This document shows positions 1-12,756 of a stretch of 64,000 nucleotides of DNA, piece after piece. Position 1 is the first letter of the stretch; the number at the start of each line of letters is the position of its first letter. The translations under genes were made by a program, and so were the position numbers. Origin of the DNA: Lama glama (lineage: Eukaryota); NCBI GenBank assembly GCA_028534125.1, contig CM052832.1:14820001-14884000 (forward strand). Direction: 5' to 3'. Under the pieces are notes generated by a model. The model had not been told where the DNA came from and ran no database searches. It was given only the letters and a program-made list of their open reading frames with translations.

Positions 1-1688
1 TTAGAGAGCAAGCAAAGACATACCCCAGGGACATATGAGACAGAAAAAATTAAGGAGATGGGGAACATAGCCTAGAGAAGGCAGGCCAGGAGCAGGGAGG
101 TCAGGACCAGGCCTGAAGGATCTGGGAAAGGGACAGCTCCTTCCAGCTCTGGAGAAAAGAACCTGCCCTCCAGGCCTCACTAGCCCTGTTCGGCTGGGAT
201 TGAGGCAGGCCGGGCTGTAGGAGGTGAAGCAGGACAGATGCCAGTGCTGGCCCCAGGCCCTGGTCAGAAGGAGGGTGCCAGGCTTAGAGAAGCAGGGGTC
301 AGACGGTGACGCTGTTTGCACATTACTTGGCTGCTGGCATCTGGGCAGATCTGCACCCCTCACCCTACTCCTGCCACCCCGAGGCTCACACTCACCTCCT
401 GAGCCCCTAACCCTAAAGTGGGAGGCCCCTTTGCCTTCAGTCAGCATGTGCAACTAACATTTGCGGAAGTGAATGAAGCCACATCAGCTTCTCAGAAAGT
501 ATTCCCCAACCCCATCCCAGACCTGGGGACCCCTCCTCAGCCCCCGCACCGAGTCCTATCATGCCCAAGTGCCCAGGGAAGGGGACACTCCACGGTGCGG
601 TGCTAGGATCCTGCAAAGGAACAGCCAAGCTCTCAGGGGGGCTGGAGGCAGAAGGGGGCAGACCCTGTGTGGCCCAGGGGCCCTGGATACACCCGAAGTT
701 GCACACCCACCCCTTCCCACCTCAGGTGGGGTCTCCTCCCCACGCTAACCAAGGCTCTTTAGCTGAGTCCCAGGGACAACTCGGACACTGCTGCAGGCCC
801 TCCTGCCCTCTCCTTGCCCAGAGCCAGGCAGTGCGGCCCAGGCCCAGCCCCACCTGCTCCTGAGCGGCAGGCAGAGGCTGCTCTGTGGAGCCTGAGCTCC
901 CCCAGCAGCGGCGGGAGTCTGTCCCCAGGAGCAATGCAGCAAAGGGACAGAGAGAGGGGGAGGGAGGGCCACAGGCTCCCCCACCTGATCAGGGCCTGCT
1001 CTGCTGCACCCCAACATGGAGACCCTAGGCTTGCTGGGGTTGGGACAGGGGTCCTTTGGGAAATCTGGGGGAACTAGGTCTGCAGGGGGAATGAGGAGGG
1101 GAAGGGTCTGAGCTCAGGGGAGAAGAGATGGCTCCTCCCTGACGGGGGCTCTAAGCCGGGTGCCTGAGACCATGGTGGGTGGGCAGCAGGGAGGCTGCTG
1201 GGGTCAGGGGTGGGAGGTGGGTCTGCTGGTTCCAGCTGGCCGGGGCCTGGTAATGCCCTGCGTAGCGGTGCGGGACATCTCACTTCTTCCTCCCCCCACA
1301 AGCCTCAGCCTGGGGAGGAACCACACTGTGGGTTCTCAGAAGCTCCAGCCCCCTTGGCCCACTCTGCCCAGGGAAGGAGCATTTCTACAGTCAGGACCTG
1401 TGGCGGTGGAGAGGGAGTCAGAAGTGCAGAGGAGGAAAGGTAATGGGAGACAGTCCTCCTGATGAGGAGGACCCACATTCTGAAGAGGGCCAGGCTGGCT
1501 GCTCCGCACCAGGCCCACTGGCCCTGGCCCCTCTGGGCCCTGTGCTTGCTACCAGGTGCTGCTAGTAGGAAGGCAGGGGCAGACTCGGGGCCCCACTCTC
1601 CACGCAGCCTCTTCAAGCTGACCCCATCAGGATGCCTACCTGGGCCTGTCTGGGTGCCAAGCCAGGGGCAAGTAGGAGGGCACTGTAC

Positions 1689-1945
1689 CCGCTGGGCCAG
1701 GCCAGGGCTGGAGGGGCTGGCTGTCCTCCTCCTTCTCCGTAGTGGCGGGCGGGGAGGGGGCCTGGTGCCCGGGCAGGGGGCTCTGTCCTCTCGGGTTCTC
1801 TCCACTGCTTGCTCAGGAAGGCAGCAGCGCCAGAACTGCAGAAGCCAGCTCCCCGCCCCCCACCGCCGCCTTCTCCCTCTCCCTCCTCCCGACCCGCCTC
1901 CTTCTCCAGCCACCCACCTCCTTCTGCTGGTTTCTATGGCAACTG
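1689..1945 (-). promoter_or_regulatory. Candidate alternative promoter / first exon inside PACSIN1 intron 1
   Basis: Small CpG/GC-rich patch with an RFX X-box GTTTCTATGGCAAC (1930-1943), GC boxes (minus strand GGGGGGCGGGG, ~1851-1861) and a weak candidate donor CGG|GTACAG at 1688. Confidence 0.45.
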
Positions 1946-4900
1946 GGCAATGCTCACACAGACAGCCTCCCTCCCGCGTACACCAGGGTATGCCCACCTT
2001 CTACATGCACACATTTCACCTTCCCAGAGGTGCCGGTGCACACAGGCTCCTGTGGCCACCCTCCATCTGCAGGTGGGTCCCTGCTCCAGGCCCTGTCTTC
2101 TCTTTCTCCCCAAGACCCTGCCTCCCAACATTCCTGTAAGACATTGTCAGTTGCACCTTTCCACACACTTCCCTCAGGTCCTTAAAATTTTACCATGCTC
2201 TGTAAAACATTTCTACTTGCTTAATCATTTATTCTCATTTGGTCATTCCTCAGTTCCAAACTTGGATTTTGAGATTTTTCTGGGTCAGGCCGAATGTGAG
2301 TTGCTCAGCTACAATCTCATTCCATGAGATTCCATACCCATTTTATAGATAGGAAACTGAGGCCCACAGCAGTGAACAACTTGTTTGGTCATCGAAGGCT
2401 CCTGGGCTTGTTATTGGCAGTGAGACCCTGTGATTCCAGCTCTGGTGCTGCTCCCACAGCCCACAGCTGTCACATATCAGAGCAAACATGTAGGCTTGCA
2501 CTATACACATATGACCCATTCACATCAACACGTGTCCATGCACATGCGTACCCCAACAACAAACACCACACATACATACACTTAACTGTAACACTAATAT
2601 CAGCTTACACACATCTTTGACATGTGTACACACGTCTCCACGGATCCAGAACATGTAACACACAAACCTTTCCTACACAAAATCACAGCTGTACACACGA
2701 GTCCCCAGCTCTACCCTCGTGGGAGGAGATCAGTGACACAAGCAAGTATCCCAACCAGGGGACTGAACAATGAGCCACTTCCCAGGAGAGCATCCGCCTG
2801 CTCCTCTAGGCACTAATCTGCCCACTGTGTCTTGGCTCTGCTTCTGGGGAGACTGAAGGGGACTGGGGTGGGAGAAGACGGCCCACCCTCCTCCACTTCC
2901 TCTCCCTCATCCTGAAAGTCTTCTGCCTGGTTCAGACTAGATCCTACCTGGAGACACCCTTAGCCTAGGGGATGCACAGATATCCCCACTCACCCCTGGT
3001 CGGTGTCTGGTCCTGGTACTTGGAATTATGACAGGATTGAGTGAAATGGGCCCCTCCTCCTCATCGGGAATTCCAGACTTCAGACAGGGGCTGGGAGGGA
3101 CAACAGCCAGTGGGGCCGGGCTGGGGGGGTTATAGAGCAAGTGGGGAATGGGGACCAGAACACACAGCATGCCCCACAGGATGTGCCGGCCCCAGCCCAG
3201 GACCGCCTCAGAAGGACTTCAAGCAGGGATCATTGCAGCCCCTGGGCCCCAAGGCAGTTCTCAGTGACCCCACACAGCCCAGAGAGGGCACATACAATCA
3301 GAAAGAACTGGAAACCCACCAAAAATTAAGCAAAAAAGGGCCTGTTAATGACAATGAGCCTCTTTCATACTTCATCCCCTCTAAGGACCCTCTCAGTCTT
3401 AAGTCTGCTGCCAATTAAAACAAGACATGCTATAAATTTTATGAAGCAGCCTAATACCAGTGATGCCAAATGGGAGGGGGAAACCATCTTGATACAGATG
3501 AAACAGGGCATTTCATGCATTCAACAGATATCAACTAGGGACCTACCACATGCCAGGGACTGTTCTAGGTGCTGGGTCACAGCTGTGGGTAAAATAGGGC
3601 CCTGCCCTCAGTGACGGCGAGCTAGTGGATTTACTGAACTCCGGTCCTCCAGCAGCGTCTCTGGCTGTCACGGCGGCAGCCTTGCAGGCGGGATCGCAGG
3701 ACTGATCAGGTAACAGGGGCTCTGGAGGTTGAGCCCAAAGGGACAAAGCCAGAAAACACCTGGGCTGGGATTTGAACCTGCTGCCTGCCAAGCTTTTCCC
3801 AGTACTCCACATTGATTCCACTAAGAAAGATCTGACTGAGAAACACAGTAACAGCTGCCCATTTTCTAGGAGTTTCAGAGCTAGTGTTTCTTATCCTTAG
3901 ATCAAAGGCAGGACAGGGTCATTTGGACCCCCCAAAATGACCTCAGAGGTGACTTCAGCCTGGCCTACTTGGGCCAGAAGCCTGACACTGGGTGTCCCCA
4001 GGCCTGGAGGTCCTCAGTAGAGGGAGAGGCGGACACCCAGGCCAGGAGGGTGGGGATGCCTGGCGCCTGAGAACAGAGCCTCCCAGGAGAGCTAGGGGGT
4101 GGGGAGGGATTGAGTTCCCAGGTACTGTAAGCAGAGCCCCCCTGCCCGCCTGCCGGCCCCCAGCCCCAGATCATCTTTCTCCCAAAGAGCCAGCTCCATC
4201 CAGGGATATCAAAGACAGCTGTCCCCTAGCCACCTCTGTCAGCAGGATCCGACCCCATCTGCTGCCTGGCAGACCCCTGAGTTCTGCCGTCCCACACTCA
4301 GACAGGCTCTGTAGGAGAAGCTGACCCCTTTGGTCACCCAGAGAGCATCCACCCCCACCCCACCCCTCCTGTCAGCGGATCCAGCCCCATCTGCTGTTGG
4401 GAGGGCTCCCAAGAGGCATTATAAGGGAGGAAGGCAGGACTGGGATATCCTTTGTTTTTGTCAAAGTTAACATCGGTAAGAGATCCCTGTCCCCTAAACC
4501 AGCAAAGATATGGGGAACAGGCTATGCCATGTCAGGACAGCCTGTGCCCCTTGAAACTACTCCATCTTTAACTATCTCCTACCTCCTTGGCTTCCTTCTT
4601 CCCAAGTGGAACCCCATTCAGGGTAAAATCATTCCTCAGCCACAGTTTTGTTGCAGCTTTCCTCTGTATATGCTAATAGGGCTAGAAAAAATCACCATCT
4701 GCAGCCTCCAATCTCCTATTTGTAGGCCCCAGAGGCCGAGGGACACCCCCTACGCCACACACAGACAACCCCCGCCATGCCCAACCTCAGCCGCTATTCC
4801 TGGACTTTAACCATGAGCCAGTCCCACAGGTGGGATCAGTCTACAAATGAGGATGGGGCCTCACCGAGGCCACAGAGCAGCTGCCCTTGTGCCCTCTGGA

Positions 4901-5404
4901 AGAAGTGGACCCCTTCTGTCACCGCCTCCTTGCCCAACCCAAAGAGCAGTCACTGCCCCCTCCCCAGCCCACGCCCCAACCCGGGCTGTAATCCCACGTG
5001 TTCCTCAGTGCCGGGCAAATGCTATCAGGGCTCATAGCTGCTACTTTGCCTCTCATTTGCATCACATCCCCATGACTGTCAAAATGCCAGAATCCTCCCC
5101 AAACCCCTGCGCATGACAGGTGGGGCTGACGAGCAATAGAGAGAAAAAATGGACAAGGCTCTGCTGAGGGTCTGGGTAGGGGACTCAACATGTGGGGACC
5201 GGGAGGATCCAAGGGAAAAAACTGGCGGCTATTTCAAATTTCAGATCCTGAAAGTCCCCCAGAGGAGGGGCAGTCCAAACTTACTGAGTACCTGCTAAGT
5301 CCAGGCACCGTGCACAGTGCTTTACACACTTCACCCACTTGTTTTCCACAATGAACCATCTGACAGGGGTGGAAACCCAGGCTCAGAGCAGTTAAGGCCT
5401 CACT

Positions 5405-5560
5405 GCTCAAAGCCTGGTCCCAGGACCCACAGCTCGGGCATCACCTGGGAGCTGGTAGGAAATACAGAACCTCAGGTCCCACCCAGACCTCCAGATCAGA
5501 ACCTGCACTGTTACGAGACGCCAGGAGATTAGTGTGAAAAGGATGAGACTGAGGGACTTG
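5405..5560. mobile_element. MER5-like hAT-Charlie element
   Basis: ctcaaagcctggtcc...ggcatcacctgggagctggtaggaaatacagaacctcaggtcccaccc. Similar copy at ~11570-11710. Confidence 0.65.
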
Positions 5561-5619
5561 GCCTGTGAAACAACTTGAAGATGACGCTGGTGTCGGAAGT
5601 GAGGCATCTGACCAGATCG

Positions 5620-6150
5620 CATGCTAGTGTCTTTAATATGTTTAACAAGTGTCTCCTGTGCTCCGACTATGTGCAGCACTGCTCTCGGCACTGGGGCACG
5701 GCAGATAACCATGAGATAACCCTGTGGGTGTTTCACACCTAAGGGGGAGACACACAGCTAATAAAAAAAGTTCAAAGGGTGATCCGTACCATCAAGAAAA
5801 ATAATGTGGGTGAAGGGGTGGAGAGGATGAGTGGGGTCATTTTAGAATCCCTCTGTGAAGAGAGAACATTTGACCAAAGACCTAAAAGGGGGGGAAATGG
5901 AGGCATGTGATGATTTGGGGGAACAGTGTTCCTGAGAGCAAGGGCAAATATCCTGAAGTGGGAGTGAGCTTGGCACGTGGGAAGGCACCCCAAACCTGAA
6001 TGGGCGGTGGGTGGGTGAGTGGATGAAAGGATGGCAGAGAGGGGAGTAAACAAGGTAGGAACAAAGAAGGGCAGGCAGGGGCTAGAGATTTGTGGACATG
6101 GTGAGGACTCTGGATTTTATTCTCTGGTGTTTCAGGGGAATTAAATTGAA
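5620..6150 (-). mobile_element. L2 fragment
   Basis: Typical L2 text (actatgtgcagcactgctctcggcactgggg; ggacatggtgaggactctggattttattct). Confidence 0.6.
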
Positions 6151-6334
6151 CAAGGATGCTCACAACTATAGTCTGATAGTGGCTCACACCAGGTTTACCA
6201 CTGGGCATACAACTGGTGCTCAATGCATGCTCCAGTCTGGCGGAATTACCAGATGGACCGATGGCTCTGAGGCTTTAGTAAGCATGAGAATTCTCTGGAG
6301 TTTTGTATAAAATGGAGATTTTGTTTCAGCAGAG

Positions 6335-6845
6335 GTTTCAATTGTCTCTCACTGTATAGCAAAGCTCCCCAGAATTGAGTGACTTGAAACAACAATGATT
6401 TATCACATTTTGTGACTCTGTGGGCTGGCTGGGTTCGGCTGGGTGGCTCTTTTTCACATGGCCTCAGCTGGGACTGAAATGTCCATCTTCTCCATTCACA
6501 TGACTGGCCCTCAACTGAGAAGGCTGGGGTTGCCGCTGGCTGGGTGCCTCTTCCTCTCCCTCCCTGCCTTCTCCCCAACATGGTCTCTCCAGCAGGGTAA
6601 CTGGCCCTACTTACATGGCAGTTCAGGGCTCCACGAGCGAACATTTCAAAAGGACAAGTTGCAATATGTGAGCATTTATCTGTCAAGTCTCTGCTTCTGT
6701 TATTGGCTCATTGGCCAAAGCAAGTCAATGGCCAAGCTCAGAGTCCATGCGAGGAGGCAGTGGGGTCAGGGGGTTCTACATCAGGGTGTGAATAGCAGGG
6801 GTTTCCAGGTGGGGTTGGGGAGTACCAATGTACCAGATCACCACA
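6335..6845 (-). mobile_element. MLT1 (MaLR) solo LTR
   Basis: gtgacttgaaacaacaatgatttat...ctgtgggctggctgggttcggctggg...cattggccaaagcaagtcaatggccaagctcagagtc...accaca. Confidence 0.7.
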
Positions 6846-7924
6846 GTAGGTCTCTGATGGGGCCCAAGAATTTGCATTTTTTATGACCTTCTTTCCAGGT
6901 AGTTCCACGTTGTGTCACAGGTGTTCCAGGGGGCACACCTGGAGCACTACTTTTATCCTATAACACCTATTCCATGACACCATTATCAAAGAGGCTTTTA
7001 AATCTCCCCACCTGTCTGGGCACCAATCAAAGAGAATGCGACAGACACCATTGCTGTCCTGGGGGGCAGACACACACGCACTGGGACACAAGATCGCTGT
7101 TCAGACACTGGCTTCTTGCGTAAGCCTGGGGCTCTGGCTTTTAGTCCTGACCGGCCCCATTCCAGCCCGGAGACCTTGCATGGGTCCCTGTTCTCTCCCC
7201 GCGTCAGTTTGCTCCCTCAAAGTGAAGGGATTGGACTAGATTAGCAATTTCTAACCTCTGCAGCACTCAGGGACCCTTCCCTTATTTTTTGATCCAAGGA
7301 ACCCCACATTTTGAAAGATATTTTTCTACCAAACAAACTGCAAATGTTAATTTTTTAAAATTGGAAAGCAAATTGACTTTTTACTCAATTAATTACTAGG
7401 TAAAGCTTCTGATCGGCATGGTATAATCAACGCTCAATTTGAATGCAGTTTTTTTCAATATTCAAAGTAACTGAGCCTTTCTCTGGAATCTGGGGGTGGG
7501 GAATACCAGTTGAGATCAGCTGGACAGGGAGTTCTCTAAGTAAGAACCCGTCCAGCTCTAAGTAGTCTGTGTGCTAAGTGCCTCTTGGGGACTGTCGTGA
7601 GCCAGCACACTGCAGAGTACCATGGGGACAACTCAGGGCACCTAAGGTTCCCCAGTCCATTATAGTAGTCACCGATGCCATTTGACTATTTAAATTTAAA
7701 TAGAACTAAATAAAGTTGAAAATTCAATCCCCCCCCCAAAAATCATCATCAGTTCCTCTACGGCACTAGCCACATTTCAGGTGTTTGACAGCCACACGTG
7801 GCTAGTGGCTACCATCTTAGTGCACAAATAGAATTTTTCCATCATTGCAGAAAATTTTCATGCAGATGTGCTGGCCCTCTTAGAGTGCTTCTCAACTCAG
7901 ATGTACATGAGAATCACCTATAAT

Positions 7925-9320
7925 TTTTTTAAAATTGTGGTGAAATAAATATAACATGAAATGTACCATTTGAACCATTTAAAAATGTACGATTAGGTAT
8001 ACTCACATTGTTCTGCAACTATCACCACAGTTATCTCTAGAACTTTTCATCATCCTAAACTGAAACTCTATACCTATTAATGATTTCCATCCTCCCCTTC
8101 CCTCCAGCCCCTGGCAACCACCATTCTACCTGCTGTGTCTATGAATTTGCCTAGTCTAGGCATCTCACATAAAGTGGAATCACACAATATTGGTCCTTTG
8201 GCGTCTGGCTTCTTTACACTTAGCAGTGTTTTCAATGTTCATGTGTGTTGCAGCATGTATCAGAATTTCATTCCTTTTTAAGGCAGAATCATTTTTCATT
8301 GTATGGATTTACCACATTTTGTTTATCCATTTATCCACCAATGGACATTCGGGTCGGTTTTGCCTTTTGGCTATTGTTAAAAATGTGGCTACGGCCACCT
8401 TTCTCACTCACTCCTCTTCCGAGATGGCCAGCACTCTGTGGAGTGTGTACCTACTTTTATTTTAACCTGAGCATCCAACCCCTACACCTTGTGGCCTCTC
8501 TCTCACTTTTTAAAATAGCTTACACTCTATGTAGAATGTATCTCTCTAAATAAATCTACTTTTACTCAAAAAAAAAAAAATAAAAATGCAGCTACGAACA
8601 TTGGTGTTTCAGTTCTGTTTGAGTTGAGTTCCAGCTTTCAAGTCTTTTGGGTAGATACCTAGAATTGGGATTTTGGATCATATTCTGTGTCTCTTTTTGA
8701 GACTGTCCAACGGTTTTCTACAGCAGCTGTACCATTTTACATTCTCATCAGCAATGTAGAAGGGTTCCAATTTCTCCACATCCTCACCAACACTTGTTAT
8801 TTTCTGCTCTTTGATAATAGCCATCCTAATGAGTGTGAAGTGGTATCTCATTGTAGTTTTGATTTGCATTTGCCTAATGATTAATGATGTTGAGCATCTT
8901 TTCATGTGCTTATTAGCCATCTGTATATCTTCTTTGGAGAAATGTCTATTCAAGTCCTCTGCTTATTTTTTAAACTGGTTGTTCGGTTCTTTGCTGTTGA
9001 GTTGTAGGAGTTCTTTATACATTCTGAATATTAAACCCTTATCAGATATATCATTTGCAAATTTTTTTTCTCATTCTGTACGTTGTCTTTTCACTCTCTT
9101 GATAGAGTTTTAAATTTTGGTGAAGTCCAATTTATTATTTTTTTCTTTTGATGTCTGTGCTTTTGGTGTCATATCTGAGAAATCACTGCCAAACCCAATG
9201 TCATGAAGATTCTATGAGTTTTATAGTTTTCATTCTTACACTGAGGTCTTTGATCTGTTTTTGCATACAGTGTAAGGTAAGGGTCCAGCTTTATTCTTTT
9301 GCATGTGGATATCAAATTTT
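7925..9320 (-). mobile_element. L1 (L1M-type) 3' fragment including ORF2 C-terminal remnant
   Basis: ORF 8678..8953(-) [38 protein letters not shown] is the L1 ORF2 C-terminal region. L1 3'UTR and T-tract at ~7925. Confidence 0.92.
8394..8581 (+). mobile_element. Polyadenylated LTR-like (R-region-like) retrocopy nested in L1
   Basis: Non-L1 insert ending AATAAA (8549-8554), 13 nt, then A13. Flanked by a 15-bp duplication AAAAATGTGGCTACG (8379-8393) / AAAAATGCAGCTACG (8582-8596). Confidence 0.75.
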
Positions 9321-12300
9321 CTTTTTTCTCCTTTTTTTTTTTTTGGTAGGGGGCAGGTTATCCAATTTTCTTACCTACAACACTTTTAAAACTCCTCAAG
9401 TCCAGGCTGCACCCCAGACTCTGTGGTGGGGCCTGGGCATCAGCAATTCAAAGCTCCATAGGTGACTCCCAAGGGCATCTTGGGCTCAGAGCCTCTGTCC
9501 TCCTGCACTGGCACCTTCTTAGTTCCAGGTCATCTCGTGTTGGTCTCTGCATCCCCACTTTCTAGCACGAGGCATGGCCCATGGAGGTATTCATTGGGGT
9601 TTATGCTGAGTCTGGGGTGACTGTGGAGGTTCTAGCCCTGGAATTTCTCAAACACATGGGTTCCCCAGCACCTTTCATGCCCAGGGCTGTGACAGGTGCA
9701 TCTGAGGAGACAGAGCAGGATCAGCCAGAGGCTCAGCCCCAGGGGAGTGAGGGTGGACTCGGGAGAGGTCACAGAGTCAGACGGTGACAGACTGTTGGGC
9801 TTGGAGGGCCAGGCAGGAAGGGGAACTCAGGGGAGGAAGAGCTTGAGCAGAGGTGTAGAGGTGAGCACATATGGAGCTGGTGGGGAAGCCTCGCTGGAGA
9901 AGCTTCCCAAGGAGGATGGAAGGAGTCATCTTAATGGCAGCTGACATCTTTCAGACCCCTGTCTGCCCACGCTTCCAACTGTTACGTCTCTGCATCTTAA
10001 ACTGGGGATAACAGCAGCACTTGCCTCACAGGGCAGCTGGGAAGATGGGAAAAGCCCTGGGACCACGCCTGACACAGAGGAAGCACTCGTTTATGCCAGC
10101 TACATTGTTCCCTGTGATGATCGCCTTTAATCTCAACATCAACACTGAGAGATGTATACCGTTATCTTTAATTTTTTAAAGAGGAAACCAGGGATCAGGG
10201 AGGTGAAGTCAGTGGCCCAATGTCACCCAGCAGGAACGAGCCACGATTGAAACTCTATACTGACTCCAAAGCTCAGGCACAAATCTTCCGCAAAACTTGA
10301 GGACCAAAGGCTGGATTCCTAGGATCCAGATCTGGAAGGGGCCTCCCAAGGCCACTGTGTCTGGCCCAACTCCTTTGTTTTATAGAGAAAGACAACCAGA
10401 GAAGGGAGGTGACAGCGCAAGGCCCCGCAGCATGTCAAGCTAGGGGGATCTGGGGCTGAACCTTCTAGAAAGACTGATGGGCAGAACAGGTCACTGCCTC
10501 TGCCAGCGGTCACCACTCACTGGGTCAGCAAGCACCACATGCCCCACTTCCAGCCGGCTCAGCTGGGAGTGTGCTGGGGAGCCGGGGCATCATCCAGGAG
10601 GGGGAGGCAGCCTCTACGCTGAGCTCACCCACCTGCCTCCCCGCCTCAGGCTGGCAGAGATCACCCTGAGAGGCTCTCAGCCCCCCAACCTCCACAGCTC
10701 GGGCATGCGGCCCAGAAACTCCCTGACAGGCCCCCACTGCAGCCTAGTACCCGCCACAGGGAGGAAGTCGGGCAATTATTGATGACCTTTGCAGGGGAGC
10801 AGAGTGTAAACTGGAATCCATTTGCCTGTGCAATCTTCATAATTACCACTGCAATTATTCACAACGAATCATTGTGACCAAGGCTTCAGCACAGGTGCTG
10901 AGCCCCCCAACATGCTTTAGCCCCTGCCATCCCCCTCACAGGCTGTCCTTTGTCCCACGGCATAATCTCCTATATCTGCACAAGCTGCTGCCTCTCCACT
11001 CTCCAGCTACAACTGTGGGGTGGGCTATGGGTCAATCATCAACCCAGGTTTGGGAAATGTTAGGGAGTACAGGAAAGAATTTCTGACTATTTCCTGTTCT
11101 TTCTTTCACTGTCAACTTTTCCAACAACTGAAAGCTTCAGTTTCTCCCATCTAAATCACCCCTGGAAGAGTTAAGGGAAGAGATGAGAGTGATTCACACT
11201 TCAGAATACATAAGTTTACTTAGCCAGCTTTCTCCCTAATTCCTAGCTGAGATTCTGCCCATTTGGGGTAGGGGTGGGAATTCGGAGTGCTGATAGAAGA
11301 GGAAAAAGAAGAAAGTGGGAAGAGGGAGGGAACAGAAGTGTTCCTGAGAGAGGTGTCAGGAGTAAGGTACTTCAAACTGAGCCAAATGACTTAAATGGTA
11401 CATCCCATAATGGGAAAACTGGAGAGCGGCTTGAACTCACAGTAACTAACACTCATGTCAGAGCATAGACAGTAAGTAACCAGTGTTCACCCTAGTTCAT
11501 GGGGCAAAACAAGCACGGCATAAAGACCTGCCCCTACAGCCCTCAGCTGGGAAGTCATCTGCCTCCTCACTCCTCAAAGTGCGGTCCACTTTGAGGCATC
11601 ACCTGGGAGTTTATGAGAAATGTAGAATCTGGGGCCCACAAGACTTCCTAACGCAGAATCGTTGAGCAAGGTCTCCAGGAGACAACTGAGCATATCAAGG
11701 TTGGAGAAGTTAGACCCAGAGAGCCCTTGGAATTACCTGCTTCTAAGAGGACCTTGATAAGCAGCAGGTGGGGGGACACAAAGCAAGGAGGGGTGGTACT
11801 GGAGAGCTGGCCCTGAGCTGCTTTCTAAAGGAAAGGAGAGGGCAGAGGCCAATAAAAGAATGAAGAAAATTTGGAGTCCTAGTCCTGGGATCCACCACTG
11901 GGTTCCTGGTCACTAACCTGCTGTATGACTCTGCACAAGTGATTGGCCTCAGTTTCCCCTTCTGTCATATGGAGCTGATACTACGTGCTCTTGCTGGTTT
12001 TGGGGGCTGTTGTGAAGCCCAAAGGAGTGCAGATGAGAAAGCATTTTGAAAACTGTGAAACGCTGGACAGGGTGAGTCACTGTGGCTGCTTCCCAGTGTC
12101 CTCGTGAGACCCACAGAAGGTGGCCTCACAGGCAACGAAATTTACGTTTCCTTCCATAACCCTTCAGAGCTGGAACCTCAGGCTGAAAGGAAACGGACAA
12201 AGCAAGCTCACGTGAGGTTGTTTCTATCTGATAACATTTTAATATATCCGCTAGGATTTGGTTTTGAAGAAGGATTTAATGTGTCTGCCAGGATTTTGGT

Positions 12301-12756
12301 TTTCCATATCCTTGGACATGGATATCAGGTAGAGCCAGGTGGGGGAGGCCCCAGGGCTCCCCAGATCTCACATCCACCCAACTACCAGGAAGGAGTGGTT
12401 CCCCTCCCTAACCGCACATGAGCATCATTGGACCACCAGAATGGCTAAAATAAATGGACAGACAATATCAAGTGTTGATGAAGATGCAGAACCACCAGAA
12501 CCCTCAAACACTGCTGGTGGGAATACAAAATGGTATATTTCGTAGTATACCATTGGAAAACTCTTTGGTGATACCTACTGAAGTCCAGCACACGTATACC
12601 TCAGACCAACAGTTCCACTCTTGAGTATACATACAACAGTGAGGAGTGCACACCAAAAGGCACGTGCACAAATCCCACAGCAGTGGGATTCACATTAGCC
12701 CCTCAACAACCCAAACAGCCACCAACAGCTGAAAAACTAAGTAAACTGTGTGCTGT

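Noticed and set aside
1305..2327. Several overlapping long ORFs (147-230 aa) on both strands
   Set aside because: Low-complexity Pro/Gly/Arg-rich translations typical of stop-poor GC-rich DNA; no recognisable protein family.
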